A stretch of 64,000 nt of DNA from Candidatus Krumholzibacteriia bacterium (GTDB lineage: Bacteria; Krumholzibacteriota; Krumholzibacteriia; LZORAL124-64-63). The translations under genes were made by a program, and so were the position numbers. This document shows, one piece after another, positions 19,795 to 30,200 of this stretch; the first letter of the stretch is position 1, and each line of letters opens with the position of its first letter. The stretch lies in contig JANTGJ010000003.1 in the NCBI GenBank assembly GCA_024762975.1, positions 2,736-66,735 of the forward strand, in the 5' to 3' direction. The notes beneath the pieces were generated by a model, which had not been told where the DNA came from, did no database searches, and worked only from the letters and a program-made list of their open reading frames with translations.

Positions 19795-20537
19795 CGCAAT
19801 ACCTCCCCGGTCTTCTCCTCGTGCACGCCGATACGCCAGGAACCGTAGATTCGTCCACTGAATCCCTCCAGCGAAACGTCCCGATCATACTGGCTGTCGA
19901 CGTTGCCGCCGCCGAGACTGGCGCCGAATTCGGCGCCCATCGCGAACCGGCCGTCGCTCCACCGCCACTCCGGTCCCATGGTGAGCAGTAGTTGACGGCC
20001 CCAACCGACATCCTCGGAGACTCCTCCTTCGAAGTAGGGGTAGGTCGAGAAATACGGGGCGGTCTCCTGGAGTCGGCTGATCTGGACGGCGGCGCCTACG
20101 TTCATGCGAAAAAATTGCAGGCCCGTCAGATTGGTGCGAATTCCGAATATCACGGGGATGGTCTCGAGTTCAATCCCGGTGGAACCGCGAAATGTGGCGT
20201 CGCCCGTTTCGAGCTCGGTCGAACGTTTTCCGTAGCCGATCGCGAACAGGAACTCGTTGTTCCGTCCGATGCTGGTCGTCAGCCCGATCCGAGCCGAGGG
20301 AAGCACACCGTAGTCGTCGCTCATGTCGGAGTTCGAGAAGGCCAGCAATCCGTACCCGGCTTCGATCCGGTACTCGACGCGAGGAATCGAAATCCCGCCC
20401 TGGTAGGCTCCGGGCTCGAATCCGGTCGGATGAGCGGGTTCCTCGCCCGCAAAGGCGGCACTGGTGGCAACGCCCAACAGGACGCAGGCCCCGAAGGCGA
20501 GTCGCAAACACAGCGAAAGATTCGATCGTGGAGACAC
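19791..20537 (-). CDS. Putative outer-membrane beta-barrel protein
   Basis: Signal peptide and alternating amphipathic strands. Stop overlaps the start of the DUF2330 gene. Confidence 0.6.
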   Translation of the reverse strand: MSPRSNLSLCLRLAFGACVLLGVATSAAFAGEEPAHPTGFEPGAYQGGISIPRVEYRIEAGYGLLAFSNSDMSDDYGVLPSARIGLTTSIGRNNEFLFAIGYGKRSTELETGDATFRGSTGIELETIPVIFGIRTNLTGLQFFRMNVGAAVQISRLQETAPYFSTYPYFEGGVSEDVGWGRQLLLTMGPEWRWSDGRFAMGAEFGASLGGGNVDSQYDRDVSLEGFSGRIYGSWRIGVHEEKTGEVLR

Positions 20538-20804
20538 AGCTGCCCCTTCCGTTCGTGAACCAGAAAAGAAAAGAGCCGCAACAGGGGAGGGCCGATACAC
20601 GGCCCATGCGGATATCGAAAACGAGGAGGTCGGGCGGATCCCACCAAGCCCGGTACCAATCTGAGAATAGCCGAAGCGTCAGCTGCTGTCAAATGGTCTG
20701 AAAATGAGAGGAATCGCGTGATCAGGTGGTTCGGGAGACGGTGTTCCGATTTCCCCGCTGGAGGGAGTCGGGGCGGATTTCGCCGCCCCCCTCCATTGCC
20801 GGAG

Positions 20805-22205
20805 CTAGGGCTTGAACAACCCCTGCGCCGCTTCGTAGATCGTCTCGGACAGCGTCGGATGCGGGTGGATCGTGCGGCGCAGATCCTCCGATACCGCCGC
20901 CATTTCCATCGCCAGCACTCCTTCGGCAATCAATTCGCCCGCACCCGGGCCGGCCACTGCCAAGCCCAGGACGCGGTCGGTTTCGGGGTCGGTGATGATC
21001 TTCGTGATTCCGTCGTCGCGGCCCAGCGTCAGAGTGCGTCCGTTGCCGCGCCAAGGCAGTTTCGCAGTGGTGACCTTGATCTTCCGCGCGCGCGCCTCGG
21101 TCTCGGTCAGGCCGCACCAGGCAATCTCCGGGTCCGTGAAAACAACGGCGGGAATCGCGCGCGGATCGTACTGGGCCTGACGGCCGGCGGCGGCCTCGGC
21201 GGCAACGTCGGCCTCGCCGTAGGCCTTGTGGGCCAACATCGGTTCTCCGGCGATGTCTCCGATGGCGAAGATGTGCGGTTCGGCCGTGCGGCGCTGTCCG
21301 TCCACGACGATGAAGCCCTTCTCGTCGACCTGGATCCCCGTATTGTCTAGGCCCAGATTCCCGGTATTGGGCTTGCGGCCAATGGAAATCAGCACCTTGG
21401 CAAAATTTTCCCGAGTCACCTCGCCCTTCTTGTCTTCGAGCGAAACCGCTACGTGATCGCCTTCGTCTTTCAACTCGGCGACCTTCGTGTTCATCAGGAT
21501 GCGGTCGAATTTCTTGTCCAGGCGCCGCTTGAGCACTGATACCAAGTCGCGATCGGCGCCGGGCAACAGTTCTCTGGTCATCTCGACGACGGTGACTTTC
21601 GAGCCCAGCGCGGCGTAGACCGAACCCAATTCCAGGCCGATGTATCCGCCGCCGACCACCAGCAGCGACTCGGGTACGTCGGCGAGTTCGAGCGCGCCGG
21701 TGGAATCCAGGATGCGGTCGGTGCAGGCAACGCCCGGCAGGATGAACGGTCGCGAGCCGGTGGCCAGGATGGCCTGCTCGAACTTCATCTCACCCTGCTT
21801 GCCGTCGATACCGGCGACCTCGAGCGTATGGCTGTCCTTCAGCCGGGCCAGTCCCCGCACGTGGGTCAGTTTCTTCTGCGTAACCTTCATGCCCAGTCCG
21901 CCGGTCAGCTTGCCGACGACTTCGTTCTTCCACTCGCGGACGCGATCCAGGTCAATCTCGGGCTTGCTGAATTTCACGCCGATCCCGGCCGATTCCTCGG
22001 CCTCGTTGACCAGCTTGGCCACGTGCAACAGCGCCTTCGAGGGGATGCAGCCACGGTGCAGGCAGACGCCGCCCGGGTTCTCCTCCGGATCGATCAATGT
22101 GACGTCCAGGCCCAATTCGGCCGCGTGGAATGCCGCGTGGTATCCGCCGGGACCGGCGCCTACCACAACCAGTGACGCCGAGGCAGGAATGCTGTTTTCG
22201 CTCAT
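20805..22205 (-). CDS. lpdA: Dihydrolipoyl dehydrogenase (E3)
   Basis: GAGPGGY, GGVCLHRGCIPSK, GGGYIGLE, HPHPTLSE. Confidence 0.96.
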   Translation of the reverse strand: MSENSIPASASLVVVGAGPGGYHAAFHAAELGLDVTLIDPEENPGGVCLHRGCIPSKALLHVAKLVNEAEESAGIGVKFSKPEIDLDRVREWKNEVVGKLTGGLGMKVTQKKLTHVRGLARLKDSHTLEVAGIDGKQGEMKFEQAILATGSRPFILPGVACTDRILDSTGALELADVPESLLVVGGGYIGLELGSVYAALGSKVTVVEMTRELLPGADRDLVSVLKRRLDKKFDRILMNTKVAELKDEGDHVAVSLEDKKGEVTRENFAKVLISIGRKPNTGNLGLDNTGIQVDEKGFIVVDGQRRTAEPHIFAIGDIAGEPMLAHKAYGEADVAAEAAAGRQAQYDPRAIPAVVFTDPEIAWCGLTETEARARKIKVTTAKLPWRGNGRTLTLGRDDGITKIITDPETDRVLGLAVAGPGAGELIAEGVLAMEMAAVSEDLRRTIHPHPTLSETIYEAAQGLFKP

Positions 22206-22209
22206 GCCC

Positions 22210-23550
22210 TTATCCCTTCATCACCAAATGAATCGGATTTTCGATCGCTTCGCAGATCCAGCGCAGGAAGCGCGCCCCGTCCGCTCCGTCGATGACTCGA
22301 TGGTCGTAGGTCAGCGACAGAGGCATCACCAGTCGGGGCTCGAACTCGTCGCCGTTCCAGACCGGTCGCATCTCGCTGCGCGAGACTCCCAAGATAGCCA
22401 CCTGCGGCGCATACACAATCGGCGTGAAGGCCGTGCCTCCGATACCACCCAGGTTGCTGATCGTGAACGTGCCGCCCTCCATCTCGGCCGGGCTGATCTT
22501 CCGTTCGCGGGTCTTGGCCGCCAATTCGTTCAACTCGCCGGCAAGAGTCTCGATTCCCTTGGTTTCCGCATCGCGGATGACCGGGACCAACAGTCCGCCC
22601 GGGGTGTCGACAGCGACGCCGATATGAATCGAATGCTTGACGATCAGCTCCTTGCGGGCCAGATCCAGGCTGCTGTTGAAGCGGGGGAAGGCTTTCAGGG
22701 CCGCGGCGCATACCTTGACCAGGAAGGCCGTCATCGTCAGCTTGGCGCCGCCCCGGTTCCGGGCGTTGTGGTCCTTGCGGAAGGTCTCCAGATCGCTGAT
22801 CACGGCGTGATCATACTGCGTGACCATCGGTATCGTGGACCAGGCATAGCTCATGGCATCGGCGGTGATCTCCCGGATCCGCGACACGGGCTCCTGGGTC
22901 ACGGGTCCCCACCGGGTGAAGTCCGGCAACGGACGCTGGGCATGCAGGCCGGGGAACTCGCCCGTTGCGCGGGGAGCCGGACCGCCACCGGTCAGACGTT
23001 GCATCGTGTCCTGTACGAAGGACCGCACATCGTCCTCGCTGATCCGGCCCGCCGGACCGGTGCCCTGAATCTGATAGATGTCCGCGCCCAATTCGCGGGC
23101 CAGACGGCGCACCGAAGGAGCTGCCGGTGCGACCTGATCCCCCTGGCGCACCGCCGCGAGATCGACGGTCGCGGGTGCCGGATGCACCGGGGCCGGAGCC
23201 GGGGGCAGTGGTGCTGCCGGTTCCGCGGCAGCCTCCACGGCAGGCGGCGGGGAGGGCGCATCGGCTTCGGGCTCCGATTCCGGCTCGGGCGGGGGGCTTG
23301 CCGCAACGGCTTCCCCCGCTTCGCCGGCCATGATCACGGCGCCGATCTTGACCTTGTCGCCCTCGGCCACATCAATCCGTGTGATGACGCCGGAGAACGG
23401 CGCGGGGATCGCCACCACCGCTTTGTCCGTTTCCATCTCCAGCAGCGTCTGATCGGCTTCGACGGTTTCACCCACGGAGACGTTCAACGCGATGACGGTG
23501 CCTTCGGAGACGCCGTCCGAAACCTCGGGTACGTGTATTTCCTGAGCCAT
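22210..23550 (-). CDS. aceF: Dihydrolipoamide acetyltransferase (E2), single lipoyl domain
   Basis: ETDKA lipoyl site, Pro/Ala linker, PSVRRLARELG, DHRVIDG. Confidence 0.93.
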   Translation of the reverse strand: MAQEIHVPEVSDGVSEGTVIALNVSVGETVEADQTLLEMETDKAVVAIPAPFSGVITRIDVAEGDKVKIGAVIMAGEAGEAVAASPPPEPESEPEADAPSPPPAVEAAAEPAAPLPPAPAPVHPAPATVDLAAVRQGDQVAPAAPSVRRLARELGADIYQIQGTGPAGRISEDDVRSFVQDTMQRLTGGGPAPRATGEFPGLHAQRPLPDFTRWGPVTQEPVSRIREITADAMSYAWSTIPMVTQYDHAVISDLETFRKDHNARNRGGAKLTMTAFLVKVCAAALKAFPRFNSSLDLARKELIVKHSIHIGVAVDTPGGLLVPVIRDAETKGIETLAGELNELAAKTRERKISPAEMEGGTFTISNLGGIGGTAFTPIVYAPQVAILGVSRSEMRPVWNGDEFEPRLVMPLSLTYDHRVIDGADGARFLRWICEAIENPIHLVMKG

Positions 23551-23588
23551 CTTCTTCCTTCCCTGCCGAATCCCAGGCCTGTTCCGGA

Positions 23589-26276
23589 TCAGTCCAGGTG
23601 CGGGTTGAGTTTGTCGGGATCAATCTTCAAATCGGTGAGCGCCTTGTGCACCTTCTCCATGGGAATCTCGCCGTTGTCAGCGAGGCGGCGCAGGGTCGCG
23701 AGTGTCAGGTAGCGATGATCGACCTCGAAAAAGTCGCGCAGCCGTGCACGACCGTCGCTGCGGCCGAAGCCATCGGTACCGAGACAGTGCAATGCGTGGG
23801 GGAACCATTGTGCAATCGTCGCGGGCAGAATCTTCATATAGTCCGAGGCAGCGACGAACACGCCCTTCTCCCGCGCCAGCAGATCGGTCACATAGGGTGT
23901 GCGCGGCGACTGATCCGGATGCAACAGATTCCAGCGCTCGACCTCGATCGCGTCGCGGTACAATTCCTTGTAGCTGGTCACACTCCATACGTCTGCCGCT
24001 ACGCCGTAGTCCTTTTCCAACAACTCCTGGGCCTTGAGCGCCTCGTTCAGGATTGCTCCGGAACCCAGCAGGTGGGCGCGCAACTTGGCCTGGGCACCCT
24101 TCTTCGTGGTCGCTCGCAGGCGGTACATGCCTTTCAGGATGCCTTCCTTGATGTCCGGACGCTGCGGCATCGCGGGCATCCGGTAGGTCTCGTTCATCAC
24201 CGTCAGGTAGTAGATCCAATCTTCCTGGTTGCAGTACATCCGGTTGAGTCCGTCCTGGACGATCACCGCCAACTCGTAGGCGAAGGCGGGGTCATAGGCC
24301 TTGACCCGGGTCGGCGCCAGGGCCAGTACATGACTGTGGCCGTCCTGATGCTGCAACCCCTCACCGGCCAGCGTCGTCCGGCCGGCCGTCGCACCGATCA
24401 GGAAGCCGCGCGCCCGCGAATCGCAGGCCTGCCAGATCTGATCGCCGACCCGCTGGAATCCGAACATCGAGTAGAACGTGTAGAACGGAATCGTCTGCAC
24501 GCCGTTGTTCGCGTGCGAGGTTCCTGCGGCGATGAAACTGGCCATGGACCCCGCTTCGCTCAGACCTTCCTCGAGAATCGCCCCGGTCTTTCTCTCGTTG
24601 TAGAAGAGCAGACTTCCCTTGTCGACGGGCTCGTACAACTGGCCGGAATGGCTGTAGATGCCGGCCTGGCGGAAGAGCGATTCCATGCCGAAAGTGCGCG
24701 CTTCATCCGGCACGATGGGCACGATCAGTTTGCCGAGCTCCGGATCCCTCAGCATCTTGGCCAGCAGGTGAACATAGGCCATGGTCGTGGCCAACTCGCG
24801 CTCGCCCGAACCGTCGAAGTACTCGCGGATCAACTCGTCGGTGTAACACGCCATCGGTTGCGAGGTGCTGACCCGCATCGGCAACGAGCCGCCCAACTCG
24901 CCGCGTCGCCGCTTCAGGTACTTCAACTCGGGGCTGTCCTCGTCCGGACGGTAGAACGGGGCCTCGGCGATGTCTTCGTCACTGACCGGAATATTGAATC
25001 GTGTCCGGAATTCCTTCAGTTCCTCCTCGTTCAGCTTCTTTTGCGAGTGTGTGATGTTCTTTCCTTCTCCGGCCTCGCCCAAGCCGTAGCCCTTGATGGT
25101 CTGGGCCAGGATCACCGTCGGCGCCCCCCGATGTTCGATCGCGGCCTGGTAGGCGGCGTGCACCTTCTGGGGATCATGGCCGCCGCGACGCAGGCGCGCG
25201 ATCTGGTCGTCGTTGTAGCCGGAGACCAACTCCAGCAACTCGGGATATTTTCCGAAGAAATTCTCACGAATGTATCCGCCGTTCGAAACCGTGTAGCGCT
25301 GCATTTCGCCATCCAGTACCTCGTCCATGCGCTGCATCAGGCGGCCCGAGGTGTCCTTTTCCAGCAGCCGATCCCAGTCACCGCCCCAGACGACCTTCAG
25401 AACGTTCCAACCGGCTCCGCGGAATGCGGCTTCGAGCTCCTGCATGATCTTGCCGTTGCCGCGTACCGGCCCGTCCAGTCGTTGCAGGTTGCAGTTCACG
25501 ACGAAGATCAGGTTGTCCAGGTTCTCGCGCGAGGCCAGGGTGATGGCGCCCAGGCTCTCGGGTTCGTCCATCTCGCCGTCACCGAGCATCGCCCAGACCT
25601 TGCGTCCGCTGGCCTTGCGCAGGCCGCGATCGACGAGGTAGTGGTTGAAGCGGGCCTGGTAGATGGCCGAGATCGCGGTCAGCCCCATCGAGACGGTGGG
25701 GAACTCCCAGAAATCGGGCATCAGGAACGGATGCGGGTAGGACGAAAGCCCTCCGCCCGGGCGCAATTCGGCCCGGAAGCCGCGCAGGTCGTCGGCATCG
25801 AGCCGTCCCTCGAGGTAGGCGCGTGCATAGACGCCGGGCGAAGCATGGCCCTGGAAGAACACCATGTCGCCCAGGAATTCGTCCGTGCGACCTCGCCAGA
25901 AGTGGTTGAAACCGATCTCCCACAACGTGGCCGCCGAGGCGTAGGTCGAGATATGACCGCCAATTCCGGGATTCTCCCGGTTCGCCTGAACGACCATGGC
26001 CATCGCGTTCCAGCGCACGAGCGACTTGATGCGGCGCTCGATCTCCCGGTCGCCGGGAAAAACGGGTTGATCCGCGGTCGGGATGGTATTGATGTAGGGC
26101 GTGTTCGCGGTGAACGGGATGCTGACGCCCTGTTCCTGTGCCCGGGTTTGCAGCTGCCGCAGGATCTGTCGCACGCGATCCGGACCCTGCTGTTGCAGGA
26201 CGTAGTCCAGCGACTGTCGCCATTCGCTATTTTCGATTTCCCGCAGTTCGGCATCGTGGGGAAGCTTGTCCGCCAT
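23589..26276 (-). CDS. aceE: Pyruvate dehydrogenase E1, homodimeric type
   Basis: TPYINTIP, GGHISTYAS, FPTVSMGL, GDGEMDEPES, NCNLQRLDGPV, GEGLQHQDG. Confidence 0.97.
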   Translation of the reverse strand: MADKLPHDAELREIENSEWRQSLDYVLQQQGPDRVRQILRQLQTRAQEQGVSIPFTANTPYINTIPTADQPVFPGDREIERRIKSLVRWNAMAMVVQANRENPGIGGHISTYASAATLWEIGFNHFWRGRTDEFLGDMVFFQGHASPGVYARAYLEGRLDADDLRGFRAELRPGGGLSSYPHPFLMPDFWEFPTVSMGLTAISAIYQARFNHYLVDRGLRKASGRKVWAMLGDGEMDEPESLGAITLASRENLDNLIFVVNCNLQRLDGPVRGNGKIMQELEAAFRGAGWNVLKVVWGGDWDRLLEKDTSGRLMQRMDEVLDGEMQRYTVSNGGYIRENFFGKYPELLELVSGYNDDQIARLRRGGHDPQKVHAAYQAAIEHRGAPTVILAQTIKGYGLGEAGEGKNITHSQKKLNEEELKEFRTRFNIPVSDEDIAEAPFYRPDEDSPELKYLKRRRGELGGSLPMRVSTSQPMACYTDELIREYFDGSGERELATTMAYVHLLAKMLRDPELGKLIVPIVPDEARTFGMESLFRQAGIYSHSGQLYEPVDKGSLLFYNERKTGAILEEGLSEAGSMASFIAAGTSHANNGVQTIPFYTFYSMFGFQRVGDQIWQACDSRARGFLIGATAGRTTLAGEGLQHQDGHSHVLALAPTRVKAYDPAFAYELAVIVQDGLNRMYCNQEDWIYYLTVMNETYRMPAMPQRPDIKEGILKGMYRLRATTKKGAQAKLRAHLLGSGAILNEALKAQELLEKDYGVAADVWSVTSYKELYRDAIEVERWNLLHPDQSPRTPYVTDLLAREKGVFVAASDYMKILPATIAQWFPHALHCLGTDGFGRSDGRARLRDFFEVDHRYLTLATLRRLADNGEIPMEKVHKALTDLKIDPDKLNPHLD

Positions 26277-26304
26277 TGCTCTCGGCTCCTGGTACGGTGG
26301 AAAC

Positions 26305-26378
26305 AGTGAATTTGAGGGTCACAATCTAGTGGAAATTCCCTCCGGGGGATACCCCCGGCGAGTGAATTTGATCAAATT
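26305..26378. promoter_or_regulatory. Putative operator region upstream of the PDH operon
   Basis: Perfect palindrome AATTTGATCAAATT (26365-26378), plus AGTGAATTTGA at both 26305 and 26361. Confidence 0.4.
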
Positions 26379-26401
26379 GTTGCAAGGGAAGGGGAGTGGA
26401 G

Positions 26402-27187
26402 TCAGCGCAACAGCACGCCTCGCTGCCAGTGAACCTTTCCGGAGCTTCGAAGACGAAAGAGATAGATCCCGCTCGGCACCGCGCGCCCGTTCGCTGCGCG
26501 GCCGCTCCACTCGACCTTCTGGGGCCCTGCGGACAGAACCCTGTCGGCCAGCACGGCGACTTCGCGGCCCCGCAGATCGAGGACCTCGAGACGAGCTGGA
26601 CCGGAACGATCGAGCTCGAAATGGATCCAGGTTCGCGGGTTGAACGGATTCGGGGCTACCCTGAGGCCGGACGTGACGGCCGGCACCCGTGGATCGGTTC
26701 CGCTGCCTGAACCGACGGTCACTTTTCCGTCCGAGAGCAACACGTCTTCATACCAACTGCCGTCCGTCATCGAAAGACTGACCTGGACTGCCGTCACCGG
26801 GCAGATACCGTTGGCCAGCGTTTCGAAGTCCCAATGGTACAACTCACCCGGTCCCTGCACGAAGAGTCCGGCTCCCATCAGGACCGCGTAGCCGTGCCAG
26901 GTGCCCGGCTCGTCTTCTTCGAATCCGGCAAAGGTGAAGATACCGCTGTCGGTGTAGAGTGTACCCTCGGCGCCACCGAGCGACCGGACGACCGTGGTGT
27001 CGTAATCGACAACGACGTCCAGAGTGCGCACCTCGAGCATCTCGTCGATGCGGATCGAGAGACGGCCGGATTCGCCGACGGCGAGCTGGGTGTCGGGAGG
27101 ATCGAAACGCAGATGGACCTGAGCGAGGGCCGCGGCGGCGGTCAGCAACAGAACGCAGAACAGTACCGCTGATACGCTCCCTCTCAT
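26402..27187 (-). CDS. Secreted cohesin-like domain plus FlgD-Ig/T9SS-like domain protein
   Basis: Signal peptide; beta-sandwich with LDVVVDYDTTVV...GPGELYHWDF; tail PNPFNP...SGIYLFRL...GVLLR. Confidence 0.7.
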   Translation of the reverse strand: MRGSVSAVLFCVLLLTAAAALAQVHLRFDPPDTQLAVGESGRLSIRIDEMLEVRTLDVVVDYDTTVVRSLGGAEGTLYTDSGIFTFAGFEEDEPGTWHGYAVLMGAGLFVQGPGELYHWDFETLANGICPVTAVQVSLSMTDGSWYEDVLLSDGKVTVGSGSGTDPRVPAVTSGLRVAPNPFNPRTWIHFELDRSGPARLEVLDLRGREVAVLADRVLSAGPQKVEWSGRAANGRAVPSGIYLFRLRSSGKVHWQRGVLLR

Positions 27188-27261
27188 TTCAATCCTCCCG
27201 GTTCGGATAGCCCATTGCGTTGCGCCGCGCCGGTGGGACCGGCACGGCGCAAACCAGGCTG

Positions 27262-30200
27262 TTACTTCATCAAGGTCATCTTGCGCACCTGGCTGTACGG
27301 CCCCGCTTCGATGCGGAAGAAATACGTGCCCGAAGCCACGCTCTTGCCCGCGTCGTCGCGTCCATACCATACCACATCGTGCGCACCGCGCCCGCGAACC
27401 TCGTCCAGTAGGGTCGCGATCTTGCGTCCGTCCACACCGTAGACCGTCATCCGCACCGTTTGCGCCTCGGGCAGATCAAAGCGAATCGTCGTCTTCGGAT
27501 TGAACGGGTTGGGGTAGTTGCCATGCAGCGCAAAGACGCTGGGCAGGGCGGTACCGCTGGTCCGGTCCAGTGCGTACTGGATCTCACGGTTGTCGACGCC
27601 GCGTGCCACGATCGTCAGCGATGCGGGGTCAACCGGCGCACCGGTGCGAACGATCAGCAGGTCGCCCTCGCCGGCGAAGGTCCGGTTCAGACCCATCACC
27701 GCCAGGTTGGCATCCAGTTTCTCACCCACATTCTGCAGGAACGTCGCCGAGGGCTGCTCGGCCAGCAGGTCACCGGCCGTCACCGCCGTCACCGGCAGAT
27801 CACCGCGCAGGCGCAGGCCCTTCAGGGCGTCTCCCGAGACCAGACGCAGGGCGTAGGAACCGTCCTGCAGATCGACCCAGGCCAGATCGATGGACTTGTC
27901 CTGCGGCGCATCGGCCTTGGCCGCCGCCACGACGCCGAAGTTCATCGCGAAGACCATCAGATCCTCGAAGTTGACGATACTGTCGGTCGTCGGGATGCCC
28001 AGTCGGCTCATGTCGTCGGTCGGGCCGACGTCCAGGACACCTTCCGGGTCGTTGTGGCCAATGACCGTACCGAAGGATGCCGCCAGCTCGTTCATGTCGA
28101 ACGGGTCGACTTCGCCGTTGGGCACCGGATCGACGGAGGAGTCACCATAGACGTCGCCCAGCCAGTAATTCGTTGCGCGGTCATTGGTCGGTGCGGCAGC
28201 ACTGACATTGCCGGCCGCGTCCTCCGCGAAGACCTCATACGTGTAGATGCCGCGGCTGTTGGGGCCGTAGCTGAAGTTGTCGGTATAGGTGTTGGAGCCC
28301 ACCGCCACCGTGCCGGCCAGAACCCACTCGGGATCCAGGTTGGCCGCCGCCGGCGAGACAGGCCGCACCGACGGAGTCGCCGGAGCCTGGTCGTCGTACT
28401 CGGGATACGCGCTGGTGCCGACCGTTCCGTCATGCCACAGCCCGCGGTAGATGCGGTAGTAGGCCACATCGCTCCCATCATGGGTCCACGAGACATTCAC
28501 CTTGTTGTGGCCCGGCTCCGCCGAGATGTCCGTAACCGCATCCGGTGGTGTGCAGTCGTAGGTGATCGTCGCGCCGGTCAGGGCGACCGGGATGGTGTTG
28601 TTGTCCGGGTCGCGCAGGGTCAGACTGTCGAAGACCACGTCACCGACCACATTGCCCGTCGCCGAGAAAGTGATCCGGAACAGGTCGGTCGTGCCTGCGC
28701 CCGTGACCGGGAAGGTCGGGTTGCCGACCGTGGAACCGGTGATCGTCCACTGGTTGGTCCCGGTGGATAGGGCGAAGAAGGTATTGTTCACGTCGCCGAA
28801 GGGCTCGAGGTCCTCGACCAGGCCGAAGTCCAGGCCCGGCGTCGCACTGACCACCGCATTGTACAGGAACATGTCCGGTGTGTAGTCGTCGGCCGTGAAG
28901 CTGAAAGTCAATGTGACGGTCTGGCCGCAGTTCAGCGGTCCGGTCGTCACCGGGACGATATCGCCGCCGGCCATGCCCGTCCACGGGTCGAACAGGATGT
29001 TGTCCGAGACCTCGTTGCCCTCGCCGAAGGGGTTGGCCAGCAGGTGTAGCGGACCCGATGCATGGCCCCACCAGTTGCCGATCATGTCGGCCACCTCGAC
29101 GGCGTTGGAATAGGCTCCGTACGTAGTGTTGCCGAAGATCTCGTTGCCGGTGCCCGAGGCGTTCAGGACCAGTCCGCCGAAGTCGTAGTAGACGACGCCC
29201 CAGTCCCAATTCGTCACCGTCGAGTTGGTTATCGAAAAGGTCACCGGGCCGGAGCCGTAGGCCGTCGGACCCCACGAATCGGTCGCGCCGGTGCCGGTAA
29301 ACGTGCTCCCGTCGATCGAGACCACGATCGGGGCCTTGCCGGCCTGGGACCCGTTGCTGTCATAGGGCTGCGCGGGCAGGGGAGTGTCCCCGTCGCCGGC
29401 TTTGGCACCGCCACTGTAAGCATACAGGGCATCACCGACCGGGTTGATCACCGATCCGTTGTTGAACGAACCGCCGCCGTCGGAGAAATAGATGCTCGTC
29501 TGGCAGCCGTCGAGCGTACAACCGTCGAAATACGCCAAACCATCGCCGACAGCCAGCATTCCCGAGGCCGACCAGCTACCGCCCGTGTAGGCCATTCCGG
29601 TCGCCGTACAGTCGTTGACATTCACGACGGCCTCGTAGCCGACCTGGATCCCGTTCTGGGCCGTCACATCCGTGGGACCCTGTCCGAAGGTGTCGACGCG
29701 CAACAGGTCACCGGTCAGTCCGGCGCCGGCTAGCGCCACGGCGGTTTTCTGGAAGTCAAGAACCTGCACGTCGGTCATGTCCATCTGATGCGGTCCACCG
29801 TTGTCGGTATAGACGTAGGCGCCAACACCGTGCTGCGCACCGCTGAACGGAGTATCCATGATATTCAGGATCTGGACGTTGGTCAGCGAGCCGCCGGCGT
29901 TGTAGAAGCCGAAACCCAGGAATCTGGAGTTGGCATTGCCGCGACCCAGGCCGTCGACCGTCAGGTCTGCGAAATTGACTCCGCCGACACCGACCACGCC
30001 CACGACCGCGTGATTGTCCGCCGAGGTCGTAAACGAATTGGCCAGCGTGGCAGGCGAGTCGATAAATGTCGAACCACTGCCCGCACCGCTGATGGTCAGG
30101 TTCGGTGTCGTGACCAGGAGTTGCTCCTCGAAGTGACCGGTCCGGACACTGATCAGGTCGCCGGCCGCAGCGCCGTCGATCGCAAACTGGATGCCCATGC

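Noticed and set aside
23598..26309. 903-aa ORF on the + strand
   Set aside because: Exact antisense shadow of aceE. Long antisense frames are expected with high GC3, and it shows no motifs.
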